Shown here piece by piece: positions 54,444 through 64,000 of a DNA stretch of 64,000 nt. Each line of letters starts with the position of its first letter. Position 1 is the first letter of the stretch. Where the stretch lies: assembly GCF_009914755.1 (NCBI RefSeq), contig NC_060946.1; one strand, written 5' to 3'. Origin of the DNA: the human T2T-CHM13v2.0 reference genome, Homo sapiens. The notes under the pieces are model-generated. The model ran no database searches and was not told the DNA's origin. It was given only the letters and a program-made list of their open reading frames with translations. Both the position numbers and the translations under genes were made by a program.

Positions 54444-55960
54444 AGCTGGGCACAGTCGCTCTTGCCTGTAATCCCAGCCATGTAGGAGGATGAGGCAGGA
54501 AGACTGCTTAAATCCAGGAATTAGAGATTAACCTGGGCAATATAGCCAGACCACCTTCTCTACAAAAATAAAAAAACAATTAGATGGGCATTATGGCACA
54601 TGCCTGTGGCCCCAGCCATTGGGGAGACTGAGGTAAAAAGATCACTTGGGCCCAGGAGTTTGAGGCTACAATAGGCTGTGATTGTGATGGCAGTGGCTGC
54701 TGCCATCATGCCAGCTGCAGGGGAGAGGTGTGGCCGGGGTTGTATGCTCCCTGGATTTGGCAGGATGAGGACAAGTGGGAGCCCTGCCCTTCCGAGTTGG
54801 AATGGGAGCTCCCTGGGTGCTGCTGCAGCTGCCCAAACTGCAGCTGTAGCTGTAGACCTGGACCTCCCACTCCATGGAGCAGACGGGAGTTTATCCAACT
54901 CCCCTACTCTGTCCCCACCCCAGCCCACCACCCAGCCACCCAAACCAATGCTGCAGACTCAGGCATCCCTGCACTCTTGGGGAGCCTGGGAACGCCCCCC
55001 TTGCCCCTTGCAGGCTTGGAGGCACCTCTTCCTGCTGCCTGGTCTCTCCCACCTCCTGGCTCTGTGCTCTGATCATAGAGTGGGGTTGGGACCCAGCAGG
55101 GTGCTGTCACTGCCCAGCCAGGTGTGCACAAATTGGAAGCAGTGCTGACATGCCAGTCCCCTGCCACCTCAGCCCCTTCTGGACTTTGAACACTGAGAAG
55201 CAGGAGCATGGGAGGGGAAGATGAGGGGGTCCGAGGGTGGCTTGGCACTGGCCTGCAAGTGCCCCTTGATGCCAGCAGCCTGGGTGCCATGGATGGTTGT
55301 GGGAGGCAGACAGGCTCCTGGGTGGAAGGTGATGAGTCCCCAGTGAAGCCCCACCTGCAGGCTAGGCTGCCAGTCCTGCAGACTGGAGGCAAAACTCATG
55401 GTGCTTTTTCCTGGGCCCGCCCATGGCTGCCCATGGACCAATGGGCATACATTTCCTCCCCTCTGACATCCATAAAAGCCCAGGACTCAGCCAGAACAGG
55501 GCAGAAGACAGAGGAGGGAAGATTAGAGGCAGGAAGGAGCTATCCTTTCTGCTGATAGCTGGAGACAATGGGAGGGCCAGCTGTTTTCTCTGCTGAATGC
55601 TTCAGAGACCTGCAGAGATGTCTGGGAACTACCAGCTGCAGACAGGAGCAAACCTCTCCAGGGTTTCCCTTTCTCCTGAGAGCTGAACACTTGACAGAAC
55701 AACCTAGAGAGGAGCTACCCACTATGGGTCTCCTCTGAGCTGTTCTAACACCTAATAAAGCTCCTCTCCTTTAACCCTTCACTTGTCTACCTACACCATT
55801 CTTCCTGGAAGCAGGACAAGAACTCGGGCAAAGATGCCACCAACCACAGTTTCCAAACCAGAAAATCGACACCCCAAAGATTCCGTAACAATTGCACAAC
55901 TGCACTCCAGCCTAGGTGACAGAGTGAGACCCTGACTCTTAAAAAAAAAGAAAAAAAAAA
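54444..55960 (+). mobile_element. AluJ split by an LTR insertion (arms at 54444-54684 and 55891-55960)
   Basis: The Alu breaks after 'tgaggctacaataggctgtgattg' and resumes 'attgcacaactgcactccagcctaggtgacagagtgagaccctg' plus poly-A. Confidence 0.9.
54685..55890 (+). mobile_element. MER52-family ERV1 solo LTR (~1.2 kb, GC-rich)
   Basis: Starts TGATGGCAG and ends ...CCCCAAAGATTCCGTAACA. It has a TATA-like 'cataaaag' and AATAAA, and a 4 bp TSD ATTG at 54681-54684 and 55891-55894. Confidence 0.88.
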
Positions 55961-56519
55961 GAAATTATCCACAATTTATTAGATAAGACTGTTAATAGCT
56001 TCTAATTGTGATACCTTCCCGTTTGAAATGGAAGGCATGGAAGTTAACACCAGGTCAGTTTTCCCAAAGTTATAACCCTGCTTTTGGCCTCTTTCAGCTC
56101 CAGTCAGACATTAGCAATGCTCAGTTACCTTCAATATTAAGCCGGTCCTGACATGAAACTGGCAGCATTTGAGAACACTGACCCAGACTTGAAGGTAGAT
56201 CTGGAATTAGGATTGCTGCTTTAAGCCCAGTATCAAGGTATGCAATGAACCATGAATTTCTCATAAACCAAATTTAGTGGATTTTTTCCTATAATTCTGA
56301 GGATAACTTTGACTTGATTATATATTAAAACAATTCATTTGCTGTATCTTCATTACTGTCCCAAATGTTTTGGGTTGACATACTGATGTTAGCTAGTGGT
56401 TTTGGTCTCAAGTTTCAGTAGCTGCTCCAATGTAAAATGATCACACATAAATCTTAGGTTTTTACTCATATGATACCTTGTCTGATACTATCTTTATCTA
56501 TCAAATAAAGGGTTTAGTA

Positions 56520-56868
56520 TTTTCTTAGTCAATGTGGGCTGCTATAACGGAAAACACAGATTGAGTAAAACAATAAACATTTGTTTTTCACAGATCCGTA
56601 GGCTGTAAATCTGAAATCAGGGAGTCAGCATGGTTGGGTTCTTGGTGAAGGCTGTCTTCCTGGTTTACAGATGGCTGTCTTATTTTATCCTCACATGGAG
56701 GAGAGAAAAATCTCTCTTGTATCTCTTTCTAGAAGGGCACTACTTTCCTTTGATGAGGGTTTCATCTTCATGACCTAATTACCTCCCAAAGGTTTACCTC
56801 CTAATACCAATACATTGAGAGTTAGGATTTCATCATATGAATTTGAGGGATTTGCAGTTCATAATAAC
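56520..56868 (-). mobile_element. MLT1A-like MaLR LTR
   Basis: Contains 'ttagtcaatgtgggctgctataac', 'catgacctaattacctcccaaagg' and 'gttaggatttcatcatatgaattt'. Confidence 0.85.
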
Positions 56869-58429
56869 TACCAATGTCAACTCAGTTCAAGCTTGAATTT
56901 GTTTTGCTTTGGGTGACAAATCTCTAACTAATTTGAATTCATCTTTCCCCAGTCTGGTTCAGTGTTGTCTTCTTTCTCCTTCACCACCAACAGTTAGCAA
57001 GATGTCAGTTTTACTTGAGGCTAAGTATGTTTTAGTTATCACAATAGAGAACCCTGTAAGCTATATCTTAGTTTCCCCTTTCATAATATTTTTCATTATG
57101 GAAAAAATACATTCTAAACATTGTTCCTATTCTAAGAAACTTGGCTGCATCTTTGCAACAAAAATAATGTGGACATTTACCAAATACAGCTGTAGAGAAA
57201 GGTAAAATCATTGCTCTGAATTATTCATAAAATCACAGAAATTAGGGACAAACACAAAATAAGAATGAATTATTCAGTGACCCGAAACAGATATTTTCTT
57301 TAGTTTCTCATGTAATTTGAAATGTACCGCAATTTACATCCTGAGTGTTATAAACATATGATGTTTCTCTTTTAGTGAAAAGCACCCATCAGAACTTGTT
57401 AAACAAATGAGTTTTTTTCTCTTCCCATCTCTAAAAGCATTTTTCATACCTACACATCTACAAATATGTTTTAATAGACCTAAACTCTATATGATGTCAT
57501 TTTCCCCTTGAGTACCAGAATATATATTTAGTCCTGTAGAATTATTTAGCTCTCAGGTGCTGAGTTACTATTTCCCAGGAGTCGCATTGCCCAAAGTACT
57601 GTGGACATTTTTCTCATTTTAAATTTCACCTCACATGGTCCTTTGGTTTTGTTACATTTTGTACCTGTTTTGATTGTTTTTTTCCTCTCTATGAAAATTA
57701 CTTGCCAAGTAAGGAGAAAAAGTATTGCTGTTTTTCCTTATTCAAAAATTATGGTAGATGAAAAAAATCTGATTAAATAACTCTATTACAGTCTTTCTCA
57801 ACTTTTTACTGAGATAAACTTGAAGGCACTGAAAAGGTGAAATTTTCAGCTATTGAAAATTTAGAATGTAGGACATCATGCCGAGATTTGAGGAAACCTA
57901 TCAATAATTTAGCAAGGGATGGTAGTAGATACACAAAAAGCAATTAGAAGCAAAAAGGCCTTGGATTCTTTTCATGTTAAAGAAAATACATTCTGAAAGT
58001 AAGTACAAAGACCCTTTGTATTTCCTTCATAACCTGTTCCCTAACAGAATACCAAGACCTATGCCAAGGGAAAAACTGTGTAGATGTGTTTTTCTCTTCT
58101 GGTGCTGATATGGTCATAGGATGGGGATGCTCTCTCTTTGCTATTTCTCTAACCAATCTTATTACTATATCAATTAATATCAAAACATTTCAAGTCTAGT
58201 TACTGACAAGAGAGTAAACTAGAGAGGACTCCTGACTCATAACAAGGATTCAGATCTAGAGTTCTCATAGAGTGAAGAGATTATGTTTGCAACTGAGAAA
58301 CGAATGTAAAAACTGTAAGGAATCCCTGGAGAGTCTGAAAGTCCCTGAGCCCTGATACAGAGAGCAAATGGCAGTTTAAGGCTGACCACCTCTCATTCCC
58401 TCCACTATTTCTCACATAAGAATATTACA

Positions 58430-58995
58430 GTACACTCTTCACTGTTCTCTCTGCTTCAAGCTTTCCCTTCCACCTCTCTATTCCACAGAGAAGGTAGAAT
58501 GCTCCTCTTAAAATACAAGGTGGATTATTTTACTCATCTGCTTAAAAACTTTTCAATGGCTTCTCATCTCATTCTGAATAAAATTCAAAGTGCTTTCCAG
58601 GCTTACAAGTCCCTGTACGATCCTGAGCCTTGACAATATCTCTGACAAAATCTCCAGCCTCCCATTGGTCACTCCTGCTCTATCACAGTAGTGTACTTGC
58701 TGCTGTTTTGAAATATAGAAAGCATGATTTTACTTCAGTGTCTTTATCCTTGTTATTTTCTCTGCCTGCCTTTTTCTGTGTCTTGGGCATTCCATATGAC
58801 TCATCTCCTCATTCCCCTTAGTCCTTTTTCCATGTGGCATTTGAATACAGAAATCTTCACTATCTAAAATTATACTCCCATATCCATAACTTCTTTTATT
58901 GCTCTAGATATCCTTACAGCATTTATCATTACCATTTATTAGCTTATTTGTCTTTCCTTACTAAAATGTAAACTAAATACAGACAGAAATTTTTG
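58430..58995 (+). mobile_element. L2 fragment
   Basis: Matches 'ctgcttaaaacttttcaatggcttctcatctcattctgaataaaattcaaag...gcttacaagtccctg'. Confidence 0.75.
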
Positions 58996-59359
58996 TAATT
59001 AAAAAACACATAACAAAAAAATCTACCATCTTAACAAAATTTTAAGTTTGCAGAACATTTTGTTAATGATATACACATTATTGTACAGCAGAAATCTAGA
59101 ATGTTTTTATCTTGCTTGACTGAAACTCTACACCTGGTGAACAGCAACTCCAGATTTCCTGTTTCCTCCAGGCCCTGACAACTACCATTTTATCTTGTGT
59201 TTCCATGTGTTTGGCTACTTTCAATACATCATATAAATGGAATCACGATATATTTGTGTTTGTGTCTGGCTTATTTCACTTAGCACAATATCCTTAAGAT
59301 TGATACATGTTGAAATAAGACAGAATTTTCCTTTTGAAGGCTTACTAATATTCCATTCT

Positions 59360-59489
59360 GTGTGTGTATGTATATATACACATAAATATACCATATATAT
59401 ACACCATACATATATATGCCATACTATATTTATCATACATATATATATATACACCATACATATATATACCATACATATATATACCATAC

Positions 59490-59522
<33 letters not shown>

Positions 59523-59530
59523 TATACCAT
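59360..59530. repeat. TA/CA-rich microsatellite with a (ATATATACACCATAC)-like sub-repeat inside the L1
   Basis: Read directly from the sequence. Confidence 0.9.
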
Positions 59531-60441
59531 ATTTTCTTCATCTGTTCATTTGATGATGGACTTTTAGATTGTTTCTACTTTTTGGCTATTGTGAATAATT
59601 CTGTAATGAATATGGGAATGCAAATATCACTTCAAGATCTTGTTTTCAATTATTTTGGAATTATTCAATTATTTTGGAAAAATGCCCACAAGTGGGATTG
59701 CTGCATCATACGGTAGGTCTATTTTTTAATGTTTTGAGGACCCTCCATACTGTTTTCCATAGTGGCTCTACCATTTTACATTCCTACTGACAGTACATAA
59801 GGTTCTAATTCAATTTCTCCACATCTTCATCAACACTTGCTATTTTCTTTTTTTTAAAATGGTCATACAGTTATGAGGTGATAAATCCCGTTGTGATTTT
59901 AATTAGCATTTCCCTGATGATTAATGATGTTGAGTATCTTTTTATATCCCTGTTGGTCATTTGCATGTCTTCCTGAAAAATATCTATTTAAGAATTTGGC
60001 CATTTTAAAATTGGGTTATGTGTTTATTTGCTTTTGAGTTCTAGGTGTTTCTTATATATTTTGGATATTAAGCCCTTAGCACATATACGGTTTTCAAATA
60101 TTTTCTCCAATTCTATAGGCTGCCTGTTCACTCTGTTGTTTCCTTTTTTGCACAGAAGCATTTTATCTTGATGTAATCACCCTAACCTATTTTTGCTTTT
60201 GTTGCCTGTGCTTTTGGTATCAAATCCAAGGAATTATTGCCACGACCAATGTGATAAAGCCTTTCTTTATGTTTTCTTGTAGTTTTACAGCTTTAGTTCT
60301 TACATTTAAGTCTTCAATCCATTTGGAGTTAACATTTGTGAACAGTTTTAAGATAACGGTTCACTTTCATTCTTTTGCATATGGATATCCAGTTTTCCCA
60401 ACAATATTTGTTGAAGAAATTATCCTTTCTCCATTGTATAG

Positions 60442-60862
<421 letters not shown>

Positions 60863-63800
60863 GTGGGCTTTCTATTCTGTTCCAATAATCCATTCTGTTC
60901 CATTCATCTATATGATTAGTTTTACATTAATATCACACTATTGGGATTGCTGTAGCTTTGTAGTATATTTCAAAGTCAGAAAATGTGAGGCCTCTAACTG
61001 TTTCTCTTTCTTAGGATTGTTTTGGATATTCAGGGTCCGTTGTGGTTCCATATGGATTTTAGAATTGTCCTTTCTATTTCTCTAAAATTATCATTGGAAT
61101 TTATACAATTCCAAGGGATTACATCAAATCTGTAAATTGCTTTGGCTAGTATTAGAATTTAAAAATATTCTTTGAATTCACAAAAATGAGATAGCTTTCC
61201 ATTTATTTGTGTCTTCCTTAATTTCTTTCAGCAATATTTTGCAGTATTCAGTGTACAAGTCTTTCCCCCACCGGCTAAGTTTATTCCAAAGTATTTTATT
61301 CAGTTTGATGCCATTGCAAATGGATTGTTTTCTTAATTTCCTTTTCAGAATGTTTGCTGTTTGTGTTTTTTTGAATCTTTACTTTGAATCCTGCAACTTT
61401 GCTGAATTAATTTTATTAGTTCTAAGAGCTTTTTGTTGAATCTTTAGGGTTTTTTTAATATATAAGATGATGTTTTCTGGGAATAGAAAAAATTTTACTT
61501 ACTTCTCCCTTTCCAATTTGGATGCCTTTATATCTTTTTCTTGCTGAATTATTTTATCTAGGACTTTATGTACTTCATAAAGGTGTCCTTGCCTTGTTCC
61601 TGATCCTGATCTTAGAAGAAGAGATTTCAGTTTTTCTTCATTAATATGGTGTGAAATGTGGGTTTTTACATATGGCCTTTATTCTGTTGGAATAATTTCT
61701 TTCTATTCCTATTTTTTCAAGTGTTTTTCTAATGAGAGAATGTTGAATTTCATCAAATGATCTTTCTCCATCTACGGAGATGAACACGTTATTTGAATTA
61801 TTTTGTTAATGTGGCATATTATATTGATTTGCACATGTTGAACCCTTCTTGCATTCCAGGAACAAATCCATCATAATTATGGTGGATGATACTTTATAGT
61901 GCTGTTGAATTCAATTTACTGGTATTTGTTGAGGATTTTGCATCTACATTCATTAGGAATATTTAATTTTTTTTTCTTGTAGCACCATTGTCTGGCTTTG
62001 ATATTAGGGTTATACTAGCTTCACAAAAAGAGTTTAGAATAGTTCTTTCTTCTTTAACTTTTTAGGAATGTTTGAGAAATATTGGCATTAATTCTTCCTT
62101 AAATGTTGGCAGAATTCTCTAGTAAAGTCATCTGCACCTGAGATTTTCTTTCTTGGAAGATTTTTGAGTACTAATTTAAACAGCTTACTAGCTATAGATT
62201 TGTTCATATTTTGTATTTCTTTTTGATTCAGTGTTGTTTGTTGTATATTTCTAGTAATTTGATTTTTTTCTAGGTTATCCAATTATTACCATAATCATTC
62301 ACAGCAGTCTCTAATAATCTTTTTTATTTCTGTGGCATCAATTACAATGTCTACTTTTTCATTTTTAATTTTATTTGGTTGAGTCTTTTCTCTTTTTAAT
62401 TGCCATATTCCATTGTATAGTAATACCACAGTTTTTTTTTAATCTATTCACTTGCATTGGTTCTTTCTGGTTATAATGAAAATATGTGTGTGAAAATATC
62501 CTTTATTTGCTTAATCTTTATTATTTCCTTCCTTTTGCTGGGTTTGGGCTTGGTTCTTTTTTTTAGTTCCTTGAGTTGTAAAGTTAGGTTGTTTATTTGA
62601 GATCTTTCTTCTTTTTTAAGGTAGGCATTTATTGCTATAAATTTCCCTCTTTAGTACTGCCTTTGCTGCATTTCTAAGTTTTGCTATGTTGTGTTTTTTT
62701 ATTTTTTTGTCAGCTTGTTTTCTAATATTCTTTTTGATTTCTTCTTTGACTCATTGGTTGTTCAATAGTATGTTGTTTAATTTCCATATATTTGTAAATG
62801 TTTCCGTTTTCCTTCTACTATTGAATTTTTGCTTCATCCTACTTTTGGTCAAAACAGGTTCTTGATTTTCTTTGTCTTAATTTTGTTAAGACTCGCTTTG
62901 TGACCTAACATTTGATCTATCCTGGAGAATTTGTCAGGATATGTCACTTTGCCAGATAATTTATATACCTCCATTTTTGAAGGGTTGATATTTGGAAACT
63001 TATTTTCTTCCTTTTATTAGGCCATGTTTCCCTGTTTCCTTGTGTGCCTTTTAATTTTGTGTTGTGATTCTAGGATTTGAAAAAAATAACCACTTCTCCT
63101 TGTCTTTACAGACTGGTTTTGCACTGGGAAATCCTTTCACCAGTCAGCCCAGTTAGAGATTCTGAAGTGTGTCAAATCTTTCTGTGAATGTATTGTCTCT
63201 GAAATTGTGTGTAAATTCTGAGAAAAATTTGCAGGTCTTTCTTCAGGAGCATGTAATCTCTTGCTCTCTTTGTTATCTATCTGTAGTACTGTAGGTTATC
63301 TGGAGTTGCTATAACCCCCTAGCTCTCTTTTGTTCTCAGCAGTCCTCAGACATGAAGAGTATCCGGTCAGACAGAAAACAGTCCGTCAGGCTGACTGGGA
63401 AAAGTTGAAATTCTGGATGCACACTCCAGCTTTTTCCTTCTCCAAGGGGAAGCCAGGAGATGAGGGTTTTATCCCACTCATTGCATATTGATCCAGGGAA
63501 GGATGATATGATAAGTGAATGTATGCTAACCCAAACTTCCTCAACTCATTTATTCTTAATATCCCCAACCTGGAAAGCTTTCCTATTAACGCTTAAATTC
63601 AGGCAAGACAGAAAACAATCACTTGGCAACTCCCCCAAAATCTGAACACTGAATGTGTGTTGCAGTATTCTCTTTCACTTCTGTGGGGGAATCAGGAACT
63701 GTAGAGTATTCTCCCAATCTTGTTATACTGAGTCACAGGAGGAATGATGGTGATTGAGTGACAGTCCAAACTGTGGCTTTATCAGCAGGCATGCAATTTG

Positions 63801-64000
63801 GCACCCTTTCCTGTTAGCACTTAGATTCAGGGTAGATAGGTGCTAGTGCCCTCCCAAAAAGTCAAAATGTTGGACATATGTTCTAGACTTTTCTTTCTCT
63901 CCCTAGAGATGAGCTGGGAGTTTGGAGCTTTCTCTCCATTGCGTTGTACTGCTGAAGGAGGATGAGTGAGTGCAACAAATTTACCTGCTGGTTTTGATGT

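Noticed and set aside
54560-55722. Cluster of 60-160 aa ORFs
   Set aside because: They lie within the GC-rich MER52-type LTR and the Alu, with no protein family resemblance.

Overview
Primate (most likely human or great-ape) non-coding genomic DNA with the architecture of a pericentromeric segmental-duplication mosaic. I see no intact protein-coding gene, RNA gene or CRISPR array. The long ORFs in the track are artefacts of low-complexity repeats. Order along the window: (i) ~3 kb of LTR-rich and unique DNA; (ii) a 1.4 kb CpG-rich GGGCAAAAAGCCGCGGC(GGC) tandem array; (iii) ~39 kb of AT-rich DNA packed with old L1, L2, MaLR/ERV LTRs, DNA transposons and Alus; (iv) a 1.5 kb (CATTT/CATCATTT)n satellite-like array; (v) a ~3 kb unprocessed KSR1 fragment on the minus strand (exon 1 with lost ATG, a frameshifting deletion and an intact splice donor, plus probable intron 1); (vi) a second, 1.8 kb GGCAAAAAGCCGCGGC array directly upstream of the KSR1 exon; (vii) ~14 kb of further repeat-rich DNA. 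The most notable observations are the repeat-bounded KSR1 exon-1 duplicon, the two same-orientation CpG/A-tract arrays ~45 kb apart, and a ~100 bp locally templated insertion flanked by a perfect 15 bp duplication. I found no convincing new biological system. Repeat family names come from recalled consensus sequences, not from a database search.
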